Below are positions 41,499 to 51,250 of a stretch of 58,322 bases of DNA, one piece after another (within the stretch, counting starts at the first letter, position 1; every line of letters begins with the position of its first letter). Under the pieces are notes generated by a model that was not told where the DNA came from, made no database searches, and saw only the letters and a program-made list of their open reading frames with translations. The stretch is taken from IMG/VR virus record IMGVR_UViG_3300034069_001746. The stretch is one strand, 5' to 3'. The DNA comes from a virus. Made by a program: the position numbers and the translations under genes.

Positions 41499-41574
41499 AG
41501 TCAAGTAGGTGTAACAGGGGGCATTCGCGCCCCCTGTTACGAATCCTATGATCTTAGTTATGTGACAATAAACC

Positions 41575-41631
41575 ATGAGAAGTGTAGATAGATTTAACAA
41601 GTTTTTTGGTCTTGTGAAAGTTTTTTATTAG
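41575..41631 (+). pseudogene. Orphan diverged 5' fragment of the SNF2 helicase gene
   Basis: Translates MRSVDRFNKFFGLVKVFY*, versus the helicase start MQFIERANKFFGRIKIK (8/16 identical). Confidence 0.75.
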
Positions 41632-41681
41632 AACTTATTAATAGTCAATCATTAGAGTTGATATGTAGCAGGACAGTTCTA

Positions 41682-42419
41682 ATGACTGAAAAGATGTGTA
41701 AGAAATGTAAAGAAACAAAGATCACAGAGGAGTTTCCCTTACATGGAGGGCTTTTGTGTAGAAAATGTAAAAGCAGACAAACTACAGAACAGCGATCGTC
41801 AGGAAATTGGGTTCCTCCCATTGGGTTTGTTGAACGCAGAATATTGTCGGGGATGAAATCAAGGTGTTATAACAAAAAAGAAGACAATTACCAGTATTAC
41901 GGAGGAAAAGAAGAAAATCCAACCTCTATTTGCGATAGATGGTTGGAAAGTAGTGATAACTTTATTGAGGACATGGGATACAGACCTTCCCCAAATCACA
42001 GCATTGAGAGAAAAGATCCAAATGGTAGTTATGAACCAAGTAATTGTGAATGGAAACTTAAAAAATTGCAGGCCAGGAATAAAACTAATAATGTGCTTTT
42101 AGAAATTAATGGGGAAAAAATTGTAGCGGCTGAAGCATCAGAAAAGTATGGATTAAAAGAATCTACGATTAGTGCTAGAAATAGGCGTGGTTCTAACGTT
42201 GATAAATCCGGATCAAATCTGATAGCTCCCCTTAGACAAGCCGATTTGTATGAGTATCAAGGAAGAAACTACAAAATTCAAGAACTTGCGGACATGGTAG
42301 GCGTTAAGCATGGTACTATGCACTACCGGCTAAAAGTAGTAGGAAAAACTGTCGAAGAAGCCCTTACTCAATCTAAAGATAATCGAGGAAGCTACAAAAG
42401 AAGTAAGCCAGTAGAGTAG
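41682..42419 (+). mobile_element. Free-standing HNH-type homing endonuclease gene 1
   Basis: MKSRCYN..YYGG...ICDRW...FIEDMGYRPS..HSIERKD.NG.YEPSNC.W...QARNK, HTH-like C-terminal repeats; AT-rich. ATG at 41682. Confidence 0.85.
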
Positions 42420-42445
42420 AGAGGGACATCCCTCTCTACTCTATG
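42412..42445 (+). terminator. Hairpin followed by TATG (late-promoter-like) upstream of the helicase
   Basis: TAGAGTAGAGAGGGA-ca-TCCCTCTCTACTCTA, with TATG at 42442. Confidence 0.65.
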
Positions 42446-42470
42446 ACATAACAGTTTGAGTAAAAAAGGC

Positions 42471-44522
42471 ATGCAATTCATAGAACGAGCCAATAAGTTT
42501 TTCGGTAGAATTAAAATAAAAGAAGCTGGTAATCAGGTTCGCATTACTGGTATTGATGGTACCATTATGCGCCAACATCTGAGTCGTGTTTTTGAAACTG
42601 ATCAGATTGCCAAGCTGATGTTTACCTCGATTACTGATACATCGATAACGCTTAACTCTTTCTTTATTCCAGACTTTATCTACATGCTGGAAGTTTTCAA
42701 AGAAAACCCTAAATGCCGGTGGGGTGCAAAGCGCACCGTGGATAAGATCATTCAAGGTATCATGAAAAATACATGGTACAAGATCACCATGCAACCGTTT
42801 AAACCTATGGTTGATCTAAAGAAAATGGATCGACTTAAATGGAAACCTCTTCAAAAACAAATAGATTTTCTTTCAACTTACGGTCATGTACTTCCAAAGT
42901 ACGATCTTAGAGGTTTCATTATTGCAATGATGCCTGGTCTCGGAAAAACGTTCGCAGATTTGTTATTGGCAACATGTATTATTCCAGACAGTGTCGCCGA
43001 AGTTAAAATCATCATCTCTCCCAAGAAAGCACTGCATTTAGTGTGGGAGAAAACAATCAACGAGGTATTTAAGAAACCTGTAACTTCTTGGGTCTGTGAT
43101 TCTGGCATCAAGATGCCCTTGGACAAAACAGAATATTACGTGTTTAACTTTGAAGCACTAGATAAAGCCATTGAACTAGGACGGCATCTGCTCTCAAAAG
43201 GTGTTCGTTATTTCACCATCGTTGATGAATCACACAATTTTGCTGACTATCGTTCCAACCGCACCCAAAAGCTGGTGCAGTTACAAACCCTAAGAGATGA
43301 TCTATATTTCATCTGGACGTCTGGTTCACCCATTCTTAAATCAGCTGCTGAGCTAACATCATTCCTTAAATGCTCGGATCCTCGCTACGACGACGATGCT
43401 GATCGTCGGTTCAAGCGTATCTTTACAGCAGCGCCTGGCCGGGCTAATCAGATCTTTAATCACCGTTTAGGTCAGATGATGGCGTTTCTGGCCACCAAGG
43501 AAAGACCTGATGATGAAAAGCCTATCATTAAAGAACTCCCCGTTAAACTTCCTCCTCAGATCGCTCATCGTTTCCTGATTTCCACCGTGAGAGAAGAAAT
43601 GAAGGAGTTTATCAAGAAGCGGTTGGAATTCTACAAAGAAAACATTAAAGAATACCAGATTATTGTTAGTAAGGGAATGACCTATCACGAAAGCAAGCTA
43701 AAGACCAGGGGAGAAAGAAGAGCTTTTGCCGAGTATCAGCAAAATGTAAAGATTATTTCTCGTGCTCCTGATCTCATGTTATCTGATCTCATGGCTTCCA
43801 CTAGAACCTATGAACGCACCAAACTCTTTCCATCGCTTCCTTCTACTGAACGTAGACCATTCCGTAACGCGTTATCGGCAACCAAGAATGTTAAGCTAAA
43901 GGTAAGAGGTGAGGCATTAGGTACTGTTCTTTCTAAGCGTCGTTCTGAATGTGCAGCGATGCTTGGGCTTTATTGTAAGCCTGAAGAGATCATGAAAGAG
44001 TCGTTATCAAAGACCCTGTTCTTTGCGTCTTCTATTCTTCCTATTCAAATGCTGGAGAAGAAGCTAACAGGGATGGGGTTTGAACCCATGTCGGTTTATG
44101 CTGATACCAACAGTCAGTTGACCCAAATCATTAATCGATTTGACAATGATCCTAATGCTAATCCTATTTGTGCTACTATGCAGTCGTTATCAGAAGCAGT
44201 ACCTGTTACGTCTGCCTCCACTGTAGTTTTGTTAAACAGACCTTACAGGCATGCACAGTGGGAGCAGGTAGTGGCTCGTGCTGACCGAAATGGTCAAAAG
44301 TACCGGGTTACGGTTATTGAAGTAACGCTGGACACCGGGGATGAGCCTAATGTGTCTTCTACAACTGATGCCATTCTAAGCAACGTTAGAGAACTCATTA
44401 ATGACATCGTTGGTAGTGAGTTCGCTGGACCAGATCCTAGCCAACGACAGATTCAGGAAGTCATAGACGCTTCCAAACAGGACCCCAACATTTCCATTTT
44501 AGATCAAAAATTGAATCTTTAA
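42471..44522 (+). CDS. SNF2-like SF2 helicase
   Basis: MPGLGKT, IVDESHN, SGSP, SLSEAV, EQVVARADRNGQ. Confidence 0.88.
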   Translation: MQFIERANKFFGRIKIKEAGNQVRITGIDGTIMRQHLSRVFETDQIAKLMFTSITDTSITLNSFFIPDFIYMLEVFKENPKCRWGAKRTVDKIIQGIMKNTWYKITMQPFKPMVDLKKMDRLKWKPLQKQIDFLSTYGHVLPKYDLRGFIIAMMPGLGKTFADLLLATCIIPDSVAEVKIIISPKKALHLVWEKTINEVFKKPVTSWVCDSGIKMPLDKTEYYVFNFEALDKAIELGRHLLSKGVRYFTIVDESHNFADYRSNRTQKLVQLQTLRDDLYFIWTSGSPILKSAAELTSFLKCSDPRYDDDADRRFKRIFTAAPGRANQIFNHRLGQMMAFLATKERPDDEKPIIKELPVKLPPQIAHRFLISTVREEMKEFIKKRLEFYKENIKEYQIIVSKGMTYHESKLKTRGERRAFAEYQQNVKIISRAPDLMLSDLMASTRTYERTKLFPSLPSTERRPFRNALSATKNVKLKVRGEALGTVLSKRRSECAAMLGLYCKPEEIMKESLSKTLFFASSILPIQMLEKKLTGMGFEPMSVYADTNSQLTQIINRFDNDPNANPICATMQSLSEAVPVTSASTVVLLNRPYRHAQWEQVVARADRNGQKYRVTVIEVTLDTGDEPNVSSTTDAILSNVRELINDIVGSEFAGPDPSQRQIQEVIDASKQDPNISILDQKLNL

Positions 44523-44569
44523 ACATATTGTTGGTACTTAGTATATGATCCCTAGAAAAGGATTTTTAT

Positions 44570-45379
44570 GTGAGTACCAACCAACCTACCGACATCCTTT
44601 GCGAAAAACACGACGTTCTTAAATACAGAGATTCAACGGGGCATCTGAGATGTCGAATATGCAAACGAGAATCTACGAATAAAAGATATCAACGGCATAA
44701 AGAATCTATTCGTGAAAAAGCGAATGAATCTCGTGATCCCATTTACACAATATGGGACGCAATCAATCAACGTTGTTATAATCCAAATTGTTCTGCTTTT
44801 ATAGATTATGGAGCTATTGGAACTTATCTTTTTGAACCTTGGAGAAGATTGCCGGGAGGTAATCTTGTTAAAAAAGAGAATGTTTTAAGATTCTCTAGAT
44901 TCAAACAATATATTTTGGAAAATCTAGGCCCAAAGAAAGAACAAAATTGGTCTATCGACAGAATTGATACATTGCAGTCTTACTTGCCAAATAATTTAAG
45001 GTGGGCTACTCCCAAAGAACAATGTAACAATCAAAAAACTAACAAGATTTACAAAGAATCAATACCTGATGACAGTCCTATTTATTATCCATACAACATA
45101 CTTAATACCATTGACGAATTTGCTAAACAAACCGGTATATACTTAATTGTAGTAAAATATCGTTACGCTCAAAATTGGGATGCCGAGTGGATATTGGACG
45201 ATGAATGGGATTGTCGGTATTTTATCTATGAAAACCACAAGTATAATTTAGCAGAATTATCTCTCATATCTAAATATCACTTTTTCAATGCTGGTTATTC
45301 CACTATCCAGGCAAGACTCAAATACGGATGGTCTGTAAAAGAAGCCGTTGAGAAGCCTCTTAGAGATAGCAGAGTATAA
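44570..45379 (+). mobile_element. Free-standing HNH-type homing endonuclease gene 2
   Basis: IWDAINQRCYN..YGAIG...WSIDRID....Y.PNNLRWAT.KEQCNN; C-terminal RLKYGWSVKEAV; AT-rich. Confidence 0.85.
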
Positions 45380-45386
45380 AGGGTGG

Positions 45387-45485
45387 GCTGGACCAGAACC
45401 GTCACAACGGCAATATAGTGAAGCCATTGATGCCTCAAAAGCAGATCCGATTGTTCTACACCAAGATTCTAAACTAGATTTGTAA
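45387..45485 (+). pseudogene. Orphan diverged 3' fragment of the SNF2 helicase gene
   Basis: AGPEPSQRQYSEAIDASKADPIVLHQDSKLDL* versus the helicase end AGPDPSQRQIQEVIDASKQDPNISILDQKLNL* (20/32 identical, both 99 nt); followed by hairpin 45487-45514. Confidence 0.9.
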
Positions 45486-45654
45486 AATAAGAGGAGGTTA
45501 ATTCCTCCTCTTATCCAATTTGTTGTTATTTTGTAGCTTTATTATCCAAGAGATTACAGTCATAAATAAAACTACTTAATGGTATGATCCGTTTTCAATA
45601 AGGATCGCTTATGCTGTCCCCCAAGCCCGTAATCAGTACAGATGTAATTTAACA

Positions 45655-47184
45655 ATGGAGAACATGATGCGCGTTTCTACCAAGATTCTATTATCGGTGT
45701 CAGTACTGGCAGGTTGTGCACCGGTTGCCGTACCCTCGCTGGCTCAGACAGCTACCGTGAAAGTTCCTACCTGTCTTCAGGTCCGTGACGATGTGAAGTA
45801 TTTCATTCCTTGCACCGGCGTCGTACCGGTGGATACCGCTACAGGTAATGCCCTTAGTTGGGCTGACCTGCTTGCGGGAAATAGTGGTAATGGTAGCGGT
45901 AGCACCTCTACTACTACAGCGCCTAACACGCCTAGCAACAGTGTTACCCCAGTGCAGAATGCTGATGGTAGCAAAATTGCCACCGACACTAATCTGTTAG
46001 CCCTTAAGACTGCTCTGGGTAATCCTTTCCAGGCTGGTGGTTCTGTTAGCAACACTTATTTTGGTGCCCGGTTGCAGGATCCTATGGGAGCGGCGTTGGG
46101 TACGTCTACTAACCCGCTGTATGTCACCGGTAACACCGCTGGTAGTAGCGGCTCCAGTCTGCCTTCGGGAGCTGCTGGTTTTCCTAGTGCCTCAGTGGTC
46201 ACCGTGCAGGGTATTACCGGGGGCACAACTCTTCCTGTTACGGTAAGTAACTTTCCCTCATCGACCACGGTGACGGGTAATGTAACGCTTAGTGGATCAC
46301 TGCCTGGTTTTGCTAACACCCCCACTGTTAACATTGGTACGATGCCAACGCTGACGGTGACCACGGCTCTAGCATCTGGGGCTGCAACATCAGCTAAGCA
46401 GGATGCTACCATCGCTGCCATTGGTACGCCATTTCAGGTAGGTGGTACGATCGGTAATACCGGTTTTGGAGCAAAACTTCAGGACAATACAGGTGCTGCT
46501 TTTGGTACCAGCACTAATCCGATTTATGTTACCGGTCTTTCAGGCGGTGGTAGCGGTGGTGCGGTTAGCGGTACGGTGACAGCTAATCTTGGCACCCTTA
46601 ACGGGGCTGCAACTGATGCTAGTGTGCAGGCTGTTAAGACGCAGCTGGGATCACCTTTCCAGGCAGGTGGATCCATTGCCAATACGTCTTTTGGTATTGC
46701 AGGAACGCTTCCTGGTTTTGCTAGCACGCCAACCTTTAATCTGGGTACAGCTCCTCAGCTAAACGTTAGCATAGCCGCTCAGACAGCACCGGTTAACGTC
46801 ACAGCAACATCGCTACCGCTGCCAACTGGAGCTGCGACGGCTGCCGCTCAAGCCAGTTTACTGAGTGCCGTTGGTACGCCGGTTCAGGCAGGTACTGCTC
46901 TTAGCAACGTTGTTCAGGCGGTGACCACCGATAATGGGGCCGTCGTGGGTACCACGGCCATGACGCTGATTCCTGCCAATCCAGCCCGCCGGGGTTTTTC
47001 TATCCAGAATCAATCCACAACAGCTAGCTGTTATATCAATGGCAGCGCGGCAGCGACGGCTGATTACCACAGTCTCCAGATTGGACCTGGTGGTTATTTT
47101 GAACCCGATCACCATGTCACCACTGGTAACCTTTCTATTATCTGCTCAGCAGCTGGAACGTCAGTTTATGCTCGTTCTTGGTAA
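45655..47184 (+). CDS. Exported (possible lipoprotein, LAGC) Gly/Thr/Ala-rich repeat protein
   Basis: Leader MMRVSTKILLSVSVLAGC; repeated GxPFQxGG and GxLPGFAxTPT units; N-domain shared with 38646. Confidence 0.75.
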   Translation: MENMMRVSTKILLSVSVLAGCAPVAVPSLAQTATVKVPTCLQVRDDVKYFIPCTGVVPVDTATGNALSWADLLAGNSGNGSGSTSTTTAPNTPSNSVTPVQNADGSKIATDTNLLALKTALGNPFQAGGSVSNTYFGARLQDPMGAALGTSTNPLYVTGNTAGSSGSSLPSGAAGFPSASVVTVQGITGGTTLPVTVSNFPSSTTVTGNVTLSGSLPGFANTPTVNIGTMPTLTVTTALASGAATSAKQDATIAAIGTPFQVGGTIGNTGFGAKLQDNTGAAFGTSTNPIYVTGLSGGGSGGAVSGTVTANLGTLNGAATDASVQAVKTQLGSPFQAGGSIANTSFGIAGTLPGFASTPTFNLGTAPQLNVSIAAQTAPVNVTATSLPLPTGAATAAAQASLLSAVGTPVQAGTALSNVVQAVTTDNGAVVGTTAMTLIPANPARRGFSIQNQSTTASCYINGSAAATADYHSLQIGPGGYFEPDHHVTTGNLSIICSAAGTSVYARSW

Positions 47185-47202
47185 GCGCTAACTAACCTAA
47201 CC

Positions 47203-47244
47203 TAGTAAGTAAGAGAAGATGGTACCATCTTCTCTTACTTACTA
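47203..47244. terminator. 42-bp perfect palindrome
   Basis: TAGTAAGTAAGAGAAGATGGT|ACCATCTTCTCTTACTTACTA. Confidence 0.8.
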
Positions 47245-47293
47245 ATAAAGCCATACGGCTTTTGATGATTTAAACAGTATTTGAGGATCACCT

Positions 47294-50200
47294 ATGTTTT
47301 TACAGGCGTTGTTTAACCGCTTTGGGTTAAACGTTAATAAGGTTCCACAGGCGTTGGCGGCCTCGACCACCAATAACTTTACGGGTAATCTGACGGTATT
47401 AAGCCGCCAGCTCAGCTCAACCTCCGTGATGTCGTTGCTAGGTAGTCATCCCAACATTTCCTTGAATGGTACTACCCTTCAAGTCACATCAGCGCTCGGT
47501 GACAGCGCGGCTGATGTCCTTGTGGTGCGAGAACAAGATGGTAATTTTGCCATGGAGTATCCGGTAAACATTACCACTCCAGCACCCGTTCCTGTAGTGG
47601 GTACAATTCCCGCACCCGTTGTGATGCGTCCAACCGGACCGGTTGGGATGAATGTTGGCGGTACTGGTTACTATGGGGTAAACTTTCTATTTCTTGACCG
47701 GATGAAGACGGCCAATTGGTGGTCATCCACGAATAACAACGGCAAAGCCGTGATGAACTTCGATAGTAACAACAATCCTTATCCTGCTCCCCCACAGACT
47801 GATAGTGATAACTATCCAACCGTCTTGAATCAAGGAAACCCTTATTATACTCTCGTCAATGTTGATGGGCCTCTGAGTGGGGTTGCTCAGATCTATATCC
47901 TTGAGTGTGCCAATACGACGGTCAACTTCTCTATTGGTGGCGGTGGTACCATCGTCCATAGGGAACCCACCACTGGCGGCAAGCAGCGCATCACCATTGA
48001 TGCCACCAACGCCATCAATGACCAAGGCTATTATTTCAGTCTGTATGTTGATGCGCCCTTGTCAGGTACACCAGTCACTATATTTCGGCAAGACCAGGAG
48101 ACGCTGTTTAAAGCAGGTAACGTCTTCACCCCGGAGACTCTGAGTCGATTGAACCAATTTGGTACCATTCGTTTCATGGACTGGCTCAGCACCAACGGGA
48201 CGATCGCACCCGTATGGGCAGACAGAGTAAAAGTCAGTAGCCTGAACTACTACGTCACACCACTTGAGATCTGTATTCTGTTATGTAACCTGCTCAAAGT
48301 CGATGGGTGGTTCTGTATTCCAGCCGGAGCCAGTGACGACTATATCACACAGTTCGTGACTTTGATTGAGACCACACTTGATCCCAGTTTGCGAGCTTAT
48401 TATGAGTACTCCAACGAAATGTGGAACTCTGGTTTTGGCCAATATGGCTGGCTCCAGTATACATACCAGCCACCTGTTGATCTGAGCAAGGGTGGATGGC
48501 CCGCCTTTGTAAGGGGTGGGTTTCTTTCAGCACGCGCCATGGCTCTAGTGCTGAAGACGGCCAATTTTTCAGCGCGCACCCGACCCTTGCTGATGGGACA
48601 GGCTGGATACAATGCGGTGCTTGATGTGTTCAACAATGGGGTAAACTACGCCATTGCGGACTGGTCCGACCCAACGAGCGCACGCTATGACAGTGTGTTC
48701 GCTACTCGGTGCCAGGTTTTTAATCAGATCTACTCTGGCATTGGTGTAGCTGGATATTTCGATGGGTCGCTAGGTGACGACAGTATGACACCGGCCGACA
48801 AAGCCAAAGTGGAGAGCTGGGCCAACGCCACCGATGACAGTGGTAAAGCTGCCGCTTTTCGTCAGGTTGAATTCGGTGATCAGCTCACCGTCAACAGCAA
48901 CGCGCTGGTCAACTATCCCGCGATCTTCGCGGGTCTCGCTGATCGCGCTCAGGCGTGGCAAGTTCCCATATTGGGTTATGAGGGCGGGTTTGACCTTATA
49001 TCAATGGGTGTCTGGAAAGATGCACATGACGTGAAGAATAATGATGGTACGGTCACCCATGTTCCAACCGATCCAAATCAAAGTTTGATAACGAATTTCT
49101 TCCAAGCTCTCACGGTCGATCCTCGTGCCCAAGCCATCACTCATAAGTGGGTCAATGCGATGCGGCAGCTGGATTTCAGTCTCATCTGCCAATATAACGA
49201 CGTTGGTAGCAACGCTTCTAAATATGGTATTTGGGGATCCATGACTGATGCTTATCACCCCAATTGTCCAAAGCAATTAGGTCTACTGGACGCTATTGCT
49301 AATCCCGTTAATCTTCCACCAATTTCTATCAGCACTGCGTATAACGGAGCAACCGCGGTTGGCTCTAACCCAACCATGACGATCACAACTACCGGTGGTG
49401 TCGGTAAAGTAGTGCTCACCGTAACAGGTCTTGCCGCCGGCCGTGTTTTTAACAATTGCCGCTCGGTAACAGGCGTGTATACTCAGCAGCAAACCACCAA
49501 CATTGTTATTACAGCAACAGACGATTCGGGTAACAGCCCTACGGTGATCACGGTTGCTGAAACTGTAACACCCACCAGGATCGTTCCAGGTGGCTATGTT
49601 GGATTCCGTCTCACACCTAGTGTCAACCTAAACGGGAACAAACCAGGCGACCAGTATTGGACAATCGGCATCGGTGAAATATTCTTAATGACAGATGGTG
49701 TACCTACCTATTTACAAGACTGGATACTCACCACAGATTACGGCAATGGTAACCAACAAAACATCAGTACCATCCATGATGGAAATCTGACTACAAGTTG
49801 GACTAGCAACACTGGTGGAGGCGGTACGACTTTTAAATTGATGGCACCTCTTGGTACCTCAGTTCTACCAAGTTACCTAGGAATCGGTAATCAAAACCAA
49901 GTATACTTGTGGAATATTGCCACCTTCGGACTCGTTGAAGGTACCAAGGATGGTACAACGTGGAGTCCGATTGCTACCAATGTATCTCTGACGTACAATG
50001 CTGATGGTGTAGCATCGATTCCAGTGGTGTTACCTGACTACACTGTTACAGCCCCTGTTAATCAGATGACTCTTGGGACGACATCAGGTAATTTCACGGT
50101 CACGCTCAATACTACTAGCAGCACCGCCACTACACTTACGCCTTCGGACAATGGGGCAGGAGGTACATTCACCCCCGCGTCTGTTGTAATCCCCGCTGGC

Positions 50201-50920
50201 TCGACTAGTGCTACATTTACGTATCTACCAGTAAGTGCATCAATGGCCATCAAGGTGCACAACAATAGAAACTTAATTAATCCTGATGCAATTACCACTG
50301 TAGCTTATACAACAGATGCTCCTGTATTAACAGCCAGTGCTTCTACACCTGCTAATGCTAACTCTGCGTCTACCACGACGGTTCAGCTCTCTGTAACCGC
50401 AGGAGAGTTAATCTTTGTTGGTCATGCGTTTGTATCAGGCGATACCGCTTCGGTTACCGATACTGCCGGTAACTCGTATACGGTTCTACCGACCACTAAT
50501 GATGGAAACGGAACAAGCATTGGAGCAGCTTATACTGTTGCCCAAAGTACAGCTACTCTAACAATTACATGGGCTCTTACAGGAGCTAGCACGTATCGCA
50601 CTCTCATAGCTTGTGCTTACACCGGTAGCTGCACAACGTTTGATAGCACTGTTACTAGTGTTGCACCAGGGCAAGTAACGATGCAACAAACGGGTAAATT
50701 CAGCACCACCCAGAACAGCCAGCTTGTTCTTGGTGTGGCTGAGGCACCACCAAACGTGACGGTTAGCTCGCCATTGTCAGCGATTCAGTCTGTTGGATAT
50801 GCTGCCCTTTTCGGTGGGGTGGTAGCTGCACCGGTGACAGATAAGGTAGTTAATATCGGAGTCGCGTACAATAATTACGGGGCGACCCGAGTTGTGGTGT
50901 TTAAGCGGGCATCTCACTAA
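47294..50920 (+). CDS. Large multidomain putative glycoside hydrolase / carbohydrate-binding protein (possible depolymerase or fibre)
   Basis: IRFMDW, YEYSNEMWN and GYEGG (clan GH-A-like pair of Glu residues), then Ig-like and discoidin-like (HDGNLTTSW, EGTKDGTTW) beta domains. Confidence 0.65.
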   Translation: MFLQALFNRFGLNVNKVPQALAASTTNNFTGNLTVLSRQLSSTSVMSLLGSHPNISLNGTTLQVTSALGDSAADVLVVREQDGNFAMEYPVNITTPAPVPVVGTIPAPVVMRPTGPVGMNVGGTGYYGVNFLFLDRMKTANWWSSTNNNGKAVMNFDSNNNPYPAPPQTDSDNYPTVLNQGNPYYTLVNVDGPLSGVAQIYILECANTTVNFSIGGGGTIVHREPTTGGKQRITIDATNAINDQGYYFSLYVDAPLSGTPVTIFRQDQETLFKAGNVFTPETLSRLNQFGTIRFMDWLSTNGTIAPVWADRVKVSSLNYYVTPLEICILLCNLLKVDGWFCIPAGASDDYITQFVTLIETTLDPSLRAYYEYSNEMWNSGFGQYGWLQYTYQPPVDLSKGGWPAFVRGGFLSARAMALVLKTANFSARTRPLLMGQAGYNAVLDVFNNGVNYAIADWSDPTSARYDSVFATRCQVFNQIYSGIGVAGYFDGSLGDDSMTPADKAKVESWANATDDSGKAAAFRQVEFGDQLTVNSNALVNYPAIFAGLADRAQAWQVPILGYEGGFDLISMGVWKDAHDVKNNDGTVTHVPTDPNQSLITNFFQALTVDPRAQAITHKWVNAMRQLDFSLICQYNDVGSNASKYGIWGSMTDAYHPNCPKQLGLLDAIANPVNLPPISISTAYNGATAVGSNPTMTITTTGGVGKVVLTVTGLAAGRVFNNCRSVTGVYTQQQTTNIVITATDDSGNSPTVITVAETVTPTRIVPGGYVGFRLTPSVNLNGNKPGDQYWTIGIGEIFLMTDGVPTYLQDWILTTDYGNGNQQNISTIHDGNLTTSWTSNTGGGGTTFKLMAPLGTSVLPSYLGIGNQNQVYLWNIATFGLVEGTKDGTTWSPIATNVSLTYNADGVASIPVVLPDYTVTAPVNQMTLGTTSGNFTVTLNTTSSTATTLTPSDNGAGGTFTPASVVIPAGSTSATFTYLPVSASMAIKVHNNRNLINPDAITTVAYTTDAPVLTASASTPANANSASTTTVQLSVTAGELIFVGHAFVSGDTASVTDTAGNSYTVLPTTNDGNGTSIGAAYTVAQSTATLTITWALTGASTYRTLIACAYTGSCTTFDSTVTSVAPGQVTMQQTGKFSTTQNSQLVLGVAEAPPNVTVSSPLSAIQSVGYAALFGGVVAAPVTDKVVNIGVAYNNYGATRVVVFKRASH

Positions 50921-51075
50921 AAAACAATTAATTTCATTAAGATTAATTGTTTTTTGTTAACTACGTCATAAGGGGGCGTGATATCTGACATCGTTCAGTA
51001 TCACGCCCCCTACTAAATTATAAGTCGATGTAACAATAAATATCTAGGAGGGATTGCCCTCCTAGATATTTGTTA
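50919..51075. terminator. Three consecutive hairpins
   Basis: AAAAAACAATTAAT/ATTAATTGTTTTTT, AGGGGGCGTGATA/TATCACGCCCCCT, AAATATCTAGGAGGG/CCCTCCTAGATATTT. Confidence 0.7.
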
Positions 51076-51190
51076 TGCTCTCTCTTTATTTAACCTTTAT
51101 CAGAATAAATCTATTTCATTACATAGCGTATCACTGCTATGAAGAATGGTCTTATCGACAACGTATTAGCTACCAATATCAATTTGATAT

Positions 51191-51210
51191 ATCAATATAT
51201 CACTATAGTG
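51191..51210 (+). promoter_or_regulatory. Early promoter variant, TATATCAC-N5-TG
   Basis: ATCAA-TATATCAC-tatag-TG upstream of the small-gene cluster. Confidence 0.5.
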
Positions 51211-51250
51211 GACAACGGCGCCTTTTGAATTAGCAAAAAGGAAACAAACT

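Noticed and set aside
44523-45386. Group I intron carrying HNH2, giving alternative helicase C-termini
   Set aside because: Only ~47 nt upstream and ~7 nt downstream of the ORF are non-coding, too little for a ribozyme core, and the helicase already ends in a complete terminus with a stop codon.
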